This document shows positions 8,313 to 18,518 of a stretch of DNA of 64,000 nucleotides, one piece after another. How positions within the stretch are numbered: position 1 is the stretch's first letter; each line of letters starts with the position of its first letter. This stretch comes from Candidatus Nealsonbacteria bacterium (GTDB taxonomy: Bacteria; Patescibacteriota; Minisyncoccia; Minisyncoccales; RBG-13-42-11). The stretch lies in assembly GCA_026396095.1 (NCBI GenBank), contig JAPLXK010000003.1, positions 12,727 to 76,726 of the forward strand, read 5' to 3'. The notes beneath the pieces were generated by a model. That model ran no database searches. It was given only the letters and a program-made list of their open reading frames with translations, and was not told where the DNA came from. The position numbers and the translations under genes are program-made.

Positions 8313-8471
8313 CTGATTAAGGTTGGCCGAAATTATATTATTCCTCGTTCTGCCCTTCTTGAAAGGCTCGGAAAGGATATTGGATCCGAGAATAAAGCCG
8401 CAGTCAAAAATGTCGTCAATAAAGCCCTGAAGGACTACGAAAAAACATTTAGATTACTTGGAAAAGAATGA
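8313..8471 (+). pseudogene. 5'-truncated excisionase/HTH_17-like DNA-binding gene fragment
   Basis: Frame translates to LIKVGRNYIIPRSALLERLGKDIGSENKAAVKNVVNKALKDYEKTFRLLGKE*. VGRNYIIPRSALLERL matches the C-terminal half of the Xis/MerR-type HTH (consensus vGRrwriPrsaLeefl). An in-frame TAG at 8310-8312 cuts the domain in the middle, and there is no start codon. Confidence 0.4.
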
Positions 8472-8581
8472 AATAAAAATCAACGGCTATATCCGCGGAG
8501 TCTTTCTATGGCTGCATATTTGCCAAAAATTACGTTTTGAGCTAAAAAGATATATGCTCTTTACCAAGGAGGTGTGGAGTT

Positions 8582-9445
8582 ATGTCGTTAAGAGAAAGGG
8601 ATATGCCCTGCTGGTATGAATTGTCCTGGAGAGAAAAAGAAACTGCTATTTTATTAAGGGTTCATAAAGATTTCATTGCAACCATTGAGCGCCTCGTATC
8701 CGGAAAACCGGATCTTCCATTGTTTGATATTATCGCTGGCCTAAGGGGGTCTCTTGGGTTTGAAAAATTTACCCTCAGTTTTAACGAGAACTTCGGCTTT
8801 AATGATGCTTTTCTGCATGTCGGAGAAAAAGACGGATTTGCTGAATTTTTGATAAAAATACCTGAAGTCCAAAAATACACTGACGAAATTTGTCCGGAGT
8901 GCAAAGGTTCCGGCAATGATAAACACTTCAACGGAGAATGCTCATGGTGTCACGGAAAAGGCAAACATCTGGTTTTTGACTGGAAATCCGCTTATGCTAT
9001 TTCGGCAAGTTTTACCGTATTTTCTATGCTGGCAAGATTTCCGGACATAAAAACCTCGTCCAATATGTCTCAACTTCTTACAATAGAAACCAAAACTAAT
9101 AAAGAAATGCACGGCGGATCTTTATGGGGTATATACAGCCCCATGCTGTGCAAGTGGTTGGTTTCTATTGGAGAAACAGAAATCCCTGAAGTAGTTCTGG
9201 CGATGGAAAAGGCATACGGAAAAATGTTCGGAATACACGGTTTTTACGAAGATGAATTCCGAGCCCATAATAATAGCGGCTGGCTCATTATTGACTGTCC
9301 CGGAGACAGAACCGGAATCCATCCGTCCACTGTTTGGAGCGACAAAGGATGCGAATTCAGTTGCCACAACGTGGACAGCCCCGTCCAGCAAATCACTTTG
9401 ATCGCTGGATTAGCGGCACTTCACGACAAAGGAAAAAATTTCTAA
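8582..9445 (+). CDS. hypothetical protein (287 aa) with two DnaJ-type CxxCxGxG zinc-finger repeats
   Basis: Strong SD AAGGAGGTG 8 nt before ATG. CPECKGSGN and CSWCHGKGK repeats, plus a further Cys/His-rich C-terminus. Hairpin terminator downstream. Confidence 0.6.
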   Translation: MSLRERDMPCWYELSWREKETAILLRVHKDFIATIERLVSGKPDLPLFDIIAGLRGSLGFEKFTLSFNENFGFNDAFLHVGEKDGFAEFLIKIPEVQKYTDEICPECKGSGNDKHFNGECSWCHGKGKHLVFDWKSAYAISASFTVFSMLARFPDIKTSSNMSQLLTIETKTNKEMHGGSLWGIYSPMLCKWLVSIGETEIPEVVLAMEKAYGKMFGIHGFYEDEFRAHNNSGWLIIDCPGDRTGIHPSTVWSDKGCEFSCHNVDSPVQQITLIAGLAALHDKGKNF

Positions 9446-9455
9446 TTAATAAAAT

Positions 9456-9483
9456 GCAGACAAAAATTGTCTGCTCTTTTTTT
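9456..9483. terminator. Rho-independent terminator (probably bidirectional) GCAGACAAaaaTTGTCTGC plus T-run
   Basis: 8-bp perfect stem with 3-nt loop, T8 on the plus strand and an AT-rich T-tract on the minus strand. Confidence 0.5.
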
Positions 9484-9589
9484 AATTAAAATTTATCCTT
9501 AATTTTTTATGAAAAATAGGTAAAAATGAGATAGAGGATTACCGCCCAGATAACGGCAACAATAATAAATTTAATAACTCCCATAAGAT

Positions 9590-10306
9590 TTATAAACCGA
9601 TAAATTCTTTAATTATTGAAATGGGGATAGATATTACCCTTCCCTCTGAGTTAATGGTGTTAATCCCCAAAACTTCGCCTTTTATATTAAACAGAGGGCT
9701 TCCTTTTAAAATGTTTTTTTCTGACATGTTGGTTTCAATGGAGCTTTTGTCAAACTTTCTGACAATTCCTTCGTTTACCAGTTTGGAAGTTTCTTTTTTG
9801 TTAATAACCTCTCCTATTAAAAAAACTCTTTCACCGAGTTTTATGGCGCTAAAATCGGCGAATTCGACCATGGGCAGATTTGATTCTCCGAGCTTAATCA
9901 AAGCTAGATTTTTATTCAAATCTCTTTTTAAAATCTGGAAAGGCGCTGCCTTACCGTTTATAAAAAAGCTAAAAACAGAGCCCTGGGGCACCAGTTCTGC
10001 TAGCGTCACCGTCAAGCCGTCGGAAGTAACAATTAAGCCGGATCCTTCGATGGTTCCGCTGGCAGTTTGACTCCTTACTGCCATAATAGTATTTTCCTCT
10101 TTTTCAATCGCCTCTGTCAGGGCGGTATTTTCCTGAATTACGGTTTCTTTTTTTTCAATAATTGAAACCAGGGCTTTTTCCAGGCTGTACTGAGAAAAAA
10201 GCGGCTTTTCCACGAAATAAGGCCATAATATTTGATCGGCAAATATGCCGCCGATCATTCCGACGGCAAAAAAAGCGATAACTTTTAAAATGTTTCTTAT
10301 TGTCAT
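9590..10306 (-). CDS. membrane-anchored HtrA/trypsin-fold protein, predicted catalytically inactive
   Basis: N-terminal TM. GSGLIVTSDG and GEVLGINT blocks align to the S1C protease fold. The triad positions read TLAELV (His to Glu), NKNLALIKL (Asp to Asn) and LKGSPLF (Ser lost). Start overlaps the clpB stop. Confidence 0.5.
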   Translation of the reverse strand: MTIRNILKVIAFFAVGMIGGIFADQILWPYFVEKPLFSQYSLEKALVSIIEKKETVIQENTALTEAIEKEENTIMAVRSQTASGTIEGSGLIVTSDGLTVTLAELVPQGSVFSFFINGKAAPFQILKRDLNKNLALIKLGESNLPMVEFADFSAIKLGERVFLIGEVINKKETSKLVNEGIVRKFDKSSIETNMSEKNILKGSPLFNIKGEVLGINTINSEGRVISIPISIIKEFIGL

Positions 10307-10308
10307 AA

Positions 10309-13002
10309 TTAGACGGCTATCTTTTCTTTATCTTTTTTGGAATTGGGATTAATAAAAACTTTTGGCATTATGAAAACAATTTTATCTCCCTCCTTGTCAA
10401 CCACAACTTTTCCTTTTTCCAGAATTTTTCCTGTAACAATTTGCAAAGCCAACGGATCTAAGACTAATTTTTGAATCACTCTCTTTAGAGGCCTGGCTCC
10501 CAGATTCGGGTCAAACCCCCTCTCGGCCAGAAGCTCTTTGGCTTTTTCCGTTATGGAAATCTCGATATTCTTATTAGCCAAACGGTTTACCACTTTTTCA
10601 AGTTCCAAATCAACGATTTCTTTTATCTCCGGCTTTTTAAGGTAATTAAAAATAATAGTCTCGTCGATTCTGTTCAAAAATTCCGGTCTGAACGATTCCT
10701 TAAGCGCTTCCATCACCTTATCCTGCAGGTTCTTTTTATCTTCTCCGTCTTTTCCCGCCAAAAATCCGAGCAAATTCATTTTGGCAATATGCTCAGAGCC
10801 GATATTGGAAGTCATGATTAAAATTGCATTCTTAAAAGAAGCGACCCTGCCTTTGGCATCGGTAAGCCTTCCGTCCTCTAATATCTGAAGCAGAATATTG
10901 AAAACATCGGAATGGGCTTTTTCAATTTCATCCAAAAGAATAACGCTGTAGGGCCTTCTCCTTATTTTATCGGTCAGTTGCCCCCCTTCCTCATAGCCGA
11001 CATATCCCGGCGGAGATCCTATCATTTTAGAAACCGTATGCTTTTCCATATATTCCGACATGTCCAAGCGGACCAAAGCGTTTTCATCGTTAAACAAAAA
11101 CCCAGCCAGGGCTTTGGCGGTTTCAGTTTTCCCGACTCCAGTCGGGCCCAAAAATATGAAAGAGCCCAGAGGCCTGTTTTCTTCCGAAATGCCCGCCCTG
11201 GATCTTCTTATGGCGTTGGAAATGGCAGAAACCGCTTCTTTTTGGCCGACAACCCTTTGGGAAATAATTTCTTCCATGTTTTCCAACTTCTGTGCCTCTT
11301 CTTCCAGAAGCCGGTTAACGGGAATGCCTGTCCAGCTCGAAACAACGCGGCCTAAGTCTTCTTCCGAAACTTCCTCTTTCAGAATGGGCCTGTTTCTCTG
11401 GAATCTGGCTAATTTTTTCTCCATTGCTTCCAGGTCCTTTAAAAGGCCCGGGATCTTCCCATATTTTATTTCAGCAACTTTTTGGAGATTGGCCGCGGTT
11501 TGCTCTTTTTCAACTTCAAAGCGGGCTTTTTCCAATTCCTTTTTAAGATTCTTAATTTTATCAATGGTCTCTTTTTCCGACTGCCACTTGGCTTTTATTT
11601 CCTTGGCTTTTTCTTTAAGATCAGCCAAATACTTGCTGTCGGTTTTCTGTTTTTTCTGATTTTTTTTAAGCCCCTGCTTTTCGATTTCCAATTTTTGTAT
11701 TTTTTTCTTTAAGTCTTCAAGTTCCGACGGTTCCGACTCGATATCAAGCCTTAAGGAGCTCATCGCCTCATCCATCAGATCAACCGCTTTATCAGGCAGA
11801 AAACGGTCGGAGATATATCTCGCAGCCAGCTCAGCTGCTGAGCGCAGGGCATTATCTTTAATTTTTACTCCGTGATGAAGCTCGTATTTTTCCTTTATTC
11901 CCCTTAGAATTGCAACCGTATCTTCTATAGTCGGCTCGGCAACATATATCGGCTGGAACCTTCTTTCTAAAGCCGGATCTCTTTCAATGTATTTTTGATA
12001 TTCTTTTAAGGTGGTTGCGCCGATGGCTTTGATTTCCCCCCTTTGAAGAGCGGGCTTTAATAAATTTGAAGCATCAATCGCCCCTTCGGCCGCTCCGGCG
12101 CCGACAAGGGTATGAAGCTCATCAATGAATAAAAGATATCGTCCTCCCGCCCGATTCAATTCCTTTAAAAGCGCCTTGACTCTATCCTCGAATTCCCCTC
12201 TGTATTTTGTTCCGGCCACCAGGGCTCCCAAATCCAAACCGATAACCTCTTTGTCTTTCAGGCTTTCAGGAACCTGTCCGGAAATAATTTTCTGGGCCAA
12301 TCCTTCTACGATAGCGGTTTTTCCCACTCCTGCCTCTCCGATTAAAACCGGATTATTTTTTGTCCTGCGGCTCAGAATCTGCATCAATCTCCTTATTTCT
12401 TTTTCGCGCCCGACAACCGGATCAAGCTTTCCCCGCCTGGCCAGCTGAGTAAGATTTCTGGCGTATTTTTCAATCACCTGGTACTTTGATTCCGGTTCAG
12501 GGTCGGTAATTCTCTGTCCTCCCCTGATTTGAGCCAAAGTTTTTAAGGCTGTTTCGTAATCCAATTTTCCGAATTCCAAAGCGGAAACTCCTCCCCCTTC
12601 TTGGATGAAGCCTGCTTTGCCAAGAATCTCTTTAGCCTTGGTTTCAACTTCCAGCAAGGCTAAAAACAGATGTTCCACTGAGATATATTCATCGCCCATT
12701 TTCACGGCTTCCTGCTTGGCCCGGTCAAGGACCTTTGCCATGTCCTGGGTAAGATAAAACTGGCCGAAAGATTGGGGAGCGGCAATGGCCGGAATTTTAT
12801 CCAAAGAAACGCCGACTTTTCTTTTCAATCCTTCTATGTCCACCCCTATTCTTTGGAGCAAATTCAAAACCACGCTTTCTTCCTGGGAAAGCAGGGCATA
12901 CAAAAGATGCAGGGCGTCAATCTGCTGCTGGCCCCTTTCCTGGGCAGTTGACTGGGCCTGCATTATTGTTTCCTGAGCTTTGTGGGTAAAATTTCCGTTC
13001 AT
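10309..13002 (-). CDS. clpB: ClpB chaperone (AAA+ disaggregase)
   Basis: Clp N-domain, two Walker A boxes ([16 protein letters not shown] and [15 protein letters not shown]), long coiled-coil middle domain, 897 aa. Confidence 0.9.
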   Translation of the reverse strand: MNGNFTHKAQETIMQAQSTAQERGQQQIDALHLLYALLSQEESVVLNLLQRIGVDIEGLKRKVGVSLDKIPAIAAPQSFGQFYLTQDMAKVLDRAKQEAVKMGDEYISVEHLFLALLEVETKAKEILGKAGFIQEGGGVSALEFGKLDYETALKTLAQIRGGQRITDPEPESKYQVIEKYARNLTQLARRGKLDPVVGREKEIRRLMQILSRRTKNNPVLIGEAGVGKTAIVEGLAQKIISGQVPESLKDKEVIGLDLGALVAGTKYRGEFEDRVKALLKELNRAGGRYLLFIDELHTLVGAGAAEGAIDASNLLKPALQRGEIKAIGATTLKEYQKYIERDPALERRFQPIYVAEPTIEDTVAILRGIKEKYELHHGVKIKDNALRSAAELAARYISDRFLPDKAVDLMDEAMSSLRLDIESEPSELEDLKKKIQKLEIEKQGLKKNQKKQKTDSKYLADLKEKAKEIKAKWQSEKETIDKIKNLKKELEKARFEVEKEQTAANLQKVAEIKYGKIPGLLKDLEAMEKKLARFQRNRPILKEEVSEEDLGRVVSSWTGIPVNRLLEEEAQKLENMEEIISQRVVGQKEAVSAISNAIRRSRAGISEENRPLGSFIFLGPTGVGKTETAKALAGFLFNDENALVRLDMSEYMEKHTVSKMIGSPPGYVGYEEGGQLTDKIRRRPYSVILLDEIEKAHSDVFNILLQILEDGRLTDAKGRVASFKNAILIMTSNIGSEHIAKMNLLGFLAGKDGEDKKNLQDKVMEALKESFRPEFLNRIDETIIFNYLKKPEIKEIVDLELEKVVNRLANKNIEISITEKAKELLAERGFDPNLGARPLKRVIQKLVLDPLALQIVTGKILEKGKVVVDKEGDKIVFIMPKVFINPNSKKDKEKIAV

Positions 13003-13051
13003 ATTTTTAAAATTAAAATTTATTCGCTATTATTTTCTCCGAAAACAATTT

Positions 13052-13765
13052 CTATTGTTTTTTCTTCTTTGAATAGTGGTCAAACTCGTATTTGATTATA
13101 TCAGATTTGACCGGCCCCTTTAAGGCCATGTGGGCGCCGCATAATAAATATTTCATCCCTGTTCTTAAATAGCCGTCTTTTTCAAAGCGCCTTAAGGATA
13201 TGTAAACCTTGGCTGATGATAAGATTCCAAAATTGCCGATTTTATCTCCCATCCTGACAAAATAATGGTCTTCGGCCAGTTTGATTTTTTCGTCAAATCC
13301 TCCTACTTTATCGAATATCTCCTTTTTGACCAAAATAGCCATTGCTCCGTAAGCCAGGAATCTCTGAGACATCACAATCGGCCAGTTGTAAAAAACATTG
13401 AAACAGTTTTTCCAAAAAGTATTTTCTGTTCTGGGCACTAAGGTATATGAAGCAATATCCAGCTGCCTTTTTTTAAATTCATCAATAGAATTTTCCAAAA
13501 AGTTTTCGGTTATCATTATATCGGCGTCTAAAAATAAAAGCAAATCCCCTTTGGCGACTTTTGCCCCCTGGTTTCTCGCTCTGGCCGGCAGTCCGCCTAA
13601 AACAATCCGACAGCCAAATCTTTCGGCGATTTCTTTTGTTTTGTCTTTCGAATTATTGTCGGCAACAATTATCTCATAATCCTTAAACCCCTGCCCCTTA
13701 AGGGCCGCGAGAAGAAAAGGAAGATAATTTTCCTCATTTAAGGTTGGTATGATAATAGACAGCAT
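13052..13765 (-). CDS. family 2 glycosyltransferase
   Basis: IIIPTLNEE...IIVADNNSKD...FLDAD motifs of GT2. Confidence 0.8.
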   Translation of the reverse strand: MLSIIIPTLNEENYLPFLLAALKGQGFKDYEIIVADNNSKDKTKEIAERFGCRIVLGGLPARARNQGAKVAKGDLLLFLDADIMITENFLENSIDEFKKRQLDIASYTLVPRTENTFWKNCFNVFYNWPIVMSQRFLAYGAMAILVKKEIFDKVGGFDEKIKLAEDHYFVRMGDKIGNFGILSSAKVYISLRRFEKDGYLRTGMKYLLCGAHMALKGPVKSDIIKYEFDHYSKKKKQ

Positions 13766-13783
13766 TGTTTTAATTTTAAAACC

Positions 13784-14806
13784 TTAATTTTTAAACAGTT
13801 TTCCCGCTTCATCCCAGATTTCCGGGTTATTTTGTTTTTCTTTCATCCAATACCACCACTCGCCCCCCCAGAGATAAAATTCGTCAAAACCGGTTTTTTT
13901 TGCAAATTCAATGTTTTTTTGAAACTGCGTTAAATTCATGGTCTTTTCTTGCTCTTCCAAGGAAGAGTCGTAAAGAAGCTTCGGTCCCCAGGGCTCTGCC
14001 TGAAGCTCTATGCAAATAACTTTTTTATTGAAGAGAGCTTTGACGATCTCGGCTTTGCGCCAGTAAAAAATAGGCGGGAAACGATAAGTAAGATAATTGT
14101 TAAGCTGGCTCATCCAAACCTTTCTATATATTGTAGTCCCTACAATATCGCCCAATTTAGCAGCTTCAATCCAGAAAGATCCCTCCCCGCTGTCAGATAT
14201 TATTATCGGCCTCTTTTGCTCGTCAAGAGATTTTACCAGATCTATTTCTTTTTTCAAGAAATCCTTATCTATCCACTGGCATTCGCCGAAAGAGAAAAGC
14301 GGCTCGTTCTCCACCTGCCATTGCTTTATCGAAGGAGATCCCTTGTACCTTTCAATAATTTCTTTCAACATTCCCGATATTTCTTTTTGCTGATCTTCCT
14401 TGCTTAAATTTTTCGCCCACTGGGGAACATGGCACTCGGGCCAGCGCGGCACTTTCATCCCGATTATGGGAACAATATTAACCTCTTTTTCTTCGGCTTT
14501 TTTTATCTGCCAATCCAAGTCGGAAAAGTCGTATTCTCCCTGGCGTGGCTCTATCAAATCCCAATGAACGGCCAATTTTATATTCCTCACCCCCAATTCA
14601 TCAATCAGGGCAGAGTATGATTCTTTCCAGTCAATTCCCAGATTTTGCGCATGCTTTTGGGAAAAATTGATTCCCCAAATAATTTTTTCCGGTTTAGGCG
14701 GATTGCCGATAAAAAAGAAAGCTATGACGAATAAAAGAATTATTAAAATCATTTTAAAAATATTTTTAATCATGTTATAGAACCAGCAAAGCCATGCCCC
14801 CGACAA
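13784..14806 (-). CDS. secreted/membrane-anchored clan GH-A glycoside hydrolase (GH5/GH113-like TIM barrel)
   Basis: N-terminal TM. WQVENEP (acid/base NEP motif) and ELQAEPWG (nucleophile) signatures. Confidence 0.6.
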   Translation of the reverse strand: MSGAWLCWFYNMIKNIFKMILIILLFVIAFFFIGNPPKPEKIIWGINFSQKHAQNLGIDWKESYSALIDELGVRNIKLAVHWDLIEPRQGEYDFSDLDWQIKKAEEKEVNIVPIIGMKVPRWPECHVPQWAKNLSKEDQQKEISGMLKEIIERYKGSPSIKQWQVENEPLFSFGECQWIDKDFLKKEIDLVKSLDEQKRPIIISDSGEGSFWIEAAKLGDIVGTTIYRKVWMSQLNNYLTYRFPPIFYWRKAEIVKALFNKKVICIELQAEPWGPKLLYDSSLEEQEKTMNLTQFQKNIEFAKKTGFDEFYLWGGEWWYWMKEKQNNPEIWDEAGKLFKN

Positions 14807-15677
14807 TAAACAAGACTGCCAAAACCTTGGGTAAAAACGCTTCCCTTGAAACCTCTTCTTTTAAAAGCTGGGGCTTCCAGCCGGACAAAAGAAAGACGAA
14901 AAACAACAAAAAAACGTATCTCGTCCCTTCAAGGGCATTGATTAAAGGCACTTGCCCTGTTTTAGCCAAAAAAACCGCGTAATATTGAAAGAGCAACGCC
15001 AAGCCGCCCAAAGCCTGTCCTAGAATAAAAAAACCCGATATCTTTTTGGACAGTTTCTGATTAAAAATAATTTCTCTGTCTTTCGGAGAGACGAAAAATA
15101 CAAGAGAGACCAGACCATTGCCAAGGAGAATCAAAAACATTCCGTTTAAAAAAGTTGTTTCCAGAAAAAGACTCTTGATCAAGAAAAAGGTTAAAGAGTA
15201 TAAAAAAGAGGCGATGATGGGATATTTTAAAGCTTGAAAACTGAAAAATTCCTTATTAAATTTTTTAACGGAAATTAAAACCGAGCCGAAAACAAGCAAA
15301 ATAAAAGCGATCACCTGAACAACGCTTAATGTCCTGCTTTGGGGCAGAAAGAGAAAGAAAAGAAAAAATGAAAAAATCGGCTGCAAAGCGCCGACCGCAG
15401 GAATAACTCGGGAAATTTCGCTCTTGGTTATACTAATTGCTACAAACAGAGTGCCAAGCATCCTGGTCAGCCCTGCTATCAACCCAAGGAAAATAATGCC
15501 GATAGCTGGAAGAGATATCCCAAAAGGAATTAAAAATAAGCAAAAAAGAAGGCAGGATATTCCGATATAAAAAGTATAAACCTTGGGATTTGATATCGGC
15601 CCGACTAAAAAATAACGGTCAAACAAGGAAACGATTGCCAAGAAAAAATAGGCTAAAATTGCAGCTACAATCCACAT
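14775..15677 (-). CDS. polytopic membrane protein, DMT/EamA-like
   Basis: About 10 predicted TM helices, 300 aa. No soluble domain. Confidence 0.45.
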   Translation of the reverse strand: MWIVAAILAYFFLAIVSLFDRYFLVGPISNPKVYTFYIGISCLLFCLFLIPFGISLPAIGIIFLGLIAGLTRMLGTLFVAISITKSEISRVIPAVGALQPIFSFFLFFLFLPQSRTLSVVQVIAFILLVFGSVLISVKKFNKEFFSFQALKYPIIASFLYSLTFFLIKSLFLETTFLNGMFLILLGNGLVSLVFFVSPKDREIIFNQKLSKKISGFFILGQALGGLALLFQYYAVFLAKTGQVPLINALEGTRYVFLLFFVFLLSGWKPQLLKEEVSREAFLPKVLAVLFIVGGMALLVL

Positions 15678-16966
15678 ATTATTTTTTCTATGTTAAAAGT
15701 TCCCAATTTTTTACCTTCAATAAAGCCCTCCATCGCCGCTTCGGCAAAATATCCGCTTTCCAGCCAGTCGAAAAACCACTGGCTAACGTAGTCTGGATTT
15801 TCCTGCATGATGCCGAACCCTGATTTTAAAAGCCATCTTTGGTTAAAATCTTCTTGCGATCCGACAGGAGGAGCGACGATGATAGGTATTCCCAAGGCGG
15901 AATAAAAAGAAAGTTCACTTGGTTTTGTCCAAAGAATATCTGTTTTCCTAAGTTTCTTGTTAAATTCCAGGAAATAATCTTCTATTTTTGGGGCGTAAAC
16001 TATTTCAATGTTTGAGTTTTTTTCCAGCCCCAGCTTATTAATATTTTTTTCGAAATATTCTTTTATCTTTTCCTTGACCCCAGCCACTAAAATTATTTTT
16101 ATTTCACCCTTTTTGATCTTATCTGTCATGTTTTTCAGGATTTTTACCCCTATTTCCTTCTGCGCTCCGGCCCCTCCGACGGAAAACATAACCGTTAAAG
16201 GATGGTCCGGACTTTTCGGCATTTTTCCCAAATATTTTTGAATGAGCGATTGGTACTGGTATGAATATTTTCCGCTACGGTCAAGGTTTAAAAGACGATA
16301 ACTTAAGTCTTGTTTTAAAATATCCATGTTTTCCGTGCCGATATTTTCCAAGGGCAAAGGGTAGCCGGTTAAAAATATGTTTTCCTGTTTTACCCCGTAA
16401 AGCTTCAATCTTTCCATTGCCCTTTCGGTCGGAACGAAATATTTAATTCTGCTCTTTTTCGGATTGATAGGAGCCCAAGGCCGGGCAATATCAGCATCGC
16501 AGATTACGCAAAAAATATCGGCGGGATAATTGAAAAACTCCGCCATAAATGCCTGGGTAAGAAAAGTGCTGACGAACGGCAAGGGATTCTTTTTCAGCTT
16601 TTCGATAAGGTGCTTTCCCCATCCGTTTTTAATCAGGGAAAATATTTCTCTTAATTGAAAATTCGTTCTGGATAAGTCCCTTTTTGGGTAAAAACTAAAA
16701 ATTTTCTGGAACTGATTAAAAATAAAAAAAACAAATTCTCCGACTAAAAAAAACTTTTTTAAGTTGGAGATAAATTCGTAAACCTTTCTCGTCCCTTCCC
16801 ATGCTATCTTGTCTTTATTGGGAATGCCCTGATAGTCATTGGCATTGATAATCTTTCCGTCCGGAGCAAGACTCCTTAAGGGGAAGGCTGTTCTCTGGTG
16901 GCCGTAGCCCATGTTCACCGCCACTACCCAAGCCTTAGCTATTTTTGAATTTTTTGAAACAGTCAT
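15665..16966 (-). CDS. GT28/MGDG-synthase-like glycosyltransferase (MurG/UgtP family)
   Basis: N-terminal GYGHQRTAF (G-x-G-H motif of MGDG synthase/UgtP) and a C-terminal GT-B half. Confidence 0.55.
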   Translation of the reverse strand: MTVSKNSKIAKAWVVAVNMGYGHQRTAFPLRSLAPDGKIINANDYQGIPNKDKIAWEGTRKVYEFISNLKKFFLVGEFVFFIFNQFQKIFSFYPKRDLSRTNFQLREIFSLIKNGWGKHLIEKLKKNPLPFVSTFLTQAFMAEFFNYPADIFCVICDADIARPWAPINPKKSRIKYFVPTERAMERLKLYGVKQENIFLTGYPLPLENIGTENMDILKQDLSYRLLNLDRSGKYSYQYQSLIQKYLGKMPKSPDHPLTVMFSVGGAGAQKEIGVKILKNMTDKIKKGEIKIILVAGVKEKIKEYFEKNINKLGLEKNSNIEIVYAPKIEDYFLEFNKKLRKTDILWTKPSELSFYSALGIPIIVAPPVGSQEDFNQRWLLKSGFGIMQENPDYVSQWFFDWLESGYFAEAAMEGFIEGKKLGTFNIEKIICGL

Positions 16967-17012
16967 ATTGTTTCTATTTTATCAAAATTTCAACATTATT
17001 GGGAGAGCCCTA

Positions 17013-18515
17013 TCATCTTAAAAAAACAGGGCTGCTATATTTTTTATTAATCTTCCAGGAAATAAAACCTATTAACAGGTAAAAAATAACCAGCCAGACC
17101 ACGGAGATATTTTCAAAAGACATTGAGGCAAAAGGAATTTTGGAAAAATAATCAATCACAGAAACAATATACGTAAGAAAAAGCCAAGTCGGCCAAAAAA
17201 GAATAAAAGCCAATGGCAAAAATAAAAAAGTCGACAGTCCGAAAATAAAAACTAAGATAGTAACCGGGGCCAAAAAGGGAACAATCAGAATATTGGCAAA
17301 GGGAGCCGCCAGGGAGATATAACCAAAATTATAAATCAAGATAGGCATTGTGAAAACCTGGGCGGAAAGGGTGGCTACCAAAGTACTTTTTAATGGAAAA
17401 AGTTTAAAGTCGGGGATCTTTGAAAGCCAATTTGAAAAAATTGGCTGCAAATAAACTATCCCCAAAATGGCCAAAAAAGAAAGCTGAAACCCGACATCTG
17501 AAAGCAAGAGAAAAGGGCTTTGAAAAAGCATCGGGGCTGCGGCAAAAACAATAGCCCGGCCAGCTGAAGCAATGCGGCCCAGATGCTGGGCTAATAAAAA
17601 TAGAAAAGCCATTATTCCGGCCCTTACTGCCGAAGCTGACGCTCCGACCATGAGAACATAAAGGACAAGCAAAAACACCGTAACATAAAAAGCCTGCTTG
17701 CGCCAAAGCCCCAAAGAAAGCATGGAAGATAAAATTAAAGAGGCGATAATGGTAATATTCATTCCTGAAACTGCCGCAATGTGGCGCGTCCCGCTCAGAT
17801 TAAGCTTTTCTTTAAAATCTTTGGATATGTTGGTTTCATCGCCAAAAACCAAGGCTTCCAAAATTCCCTCCTGGGGCAGAGATATGAACCTGCGGCTTCC
17901 TTCTTCGAATTTATTTTTAAAAGAAAAAAGCGCTTTCATTATGGGATTACCGAATCCTTCTCCTACCAGCTCTGTTTCCGGCCAATTCATTGTTGAAGAA
18001 ATCCCTTCTTTTTTCAGATAGTTTTTGTAATTAAACCCGTCTATATTTCCCGCCGGGATTTCTAGCAACCCTTTTACTTTTATTTTGTCTCCATAATGGT
18101 ATTCGGGATATCGGCTGATATTTATTAAAACCCTGTCAGAGACAATGATGTCTTGATTATTATATGTTAGTCGTTCCGCCTTTAACGTTATCCCGATGCT
18201 TTTTTGTCCGATCTTTGGCTCATCGTCTATTATGCCCAAAAGAATTATTTTTTCTTCTTGGCCGGCGTATTCTTTTAAACCGTTATTTTGAAAATCTAAA
18301 TCGGCTGCCTGAAGGCGCCAGATTCCCAAGACAAAAAACAAAATAGAAAATCCGATGACCACCGGCCTTTCATGTTCCCAGAATATTGAAATTAAAAAAA
18401 TCCCGGCAATTAAAAAGCCCAGCATTGTAAGCTGGGGGATAAAAACGATTGAGCTTAAGAATAATCCTGCAATGAGCGAAAGGCAGAAGAATAAAAATGC
18501 CCTAGATTTGGTCAT
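17013..18515 (-). CDS. comEC: ComEC/Rec2 competence channel protein (short form without MBL domain)
   Basis: Polytopic protein with competence-domain block GTRHIAAVSGMNITI...SASAVRAGIMAF. Confidence 0.7.
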   Translation of the reverse strand: MTKSRAFLFFCLSLIAGLFLSSIVFIPQLTMLGFLIAGIFLISIFWEHERPVVIGFSILFFVLGIWRLQAADLDFQNNGLKEYAGQEEKIILLGIIDDEPKIGQKSIGITLKAERLTYNNQDIIVSDRVLINISRYPEYHYGDKIKVKGLLEIPAGNIDGFNYKNYLKKEGISSTMNWPETELVGEGFGNPIMKALFSFKNKFEEGSRRFISLPQEGILEALVFGDETNISKDFKEKLNLSGTRHIAAVSGMNITIIASLILSSMLSLGLWRKQAFYVTVFLLVLYVLMVGASASAVRAGIMAFLFLLAQHLGRIASAGRAIVFAAAPMLFQSPFLLLSDVGFQLSFLAILGIVYLQPIFSNWLSKIPDFKLFPLKSTLVATLSAQVFTMPILIYNFGYISLAAPFANILIVPFLAPVTILVFIFGLSTFLFLPLAFILFWPTWLFLTYIVSVIDYFSKIPFASMSFENISVVWLVIFYLLIGFISWKINKKYSSPVFLR

Positions 18516-18518
18516 TCT

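Noticed and set aside
11060-11659. 199-aa plus-strand ORF (and neighbours 10912-11355, 11482-11712)
   Set aside because: Antisense shadows within clpB, a highly conserved gene. Low-complexity translation.
13003-13051. CIRCE/HrcA operator upstream of clpB
   Set aside because: No TTAGCACTC-N9-GAGTGCTAA-like inverted repeat in the short clpB leader.
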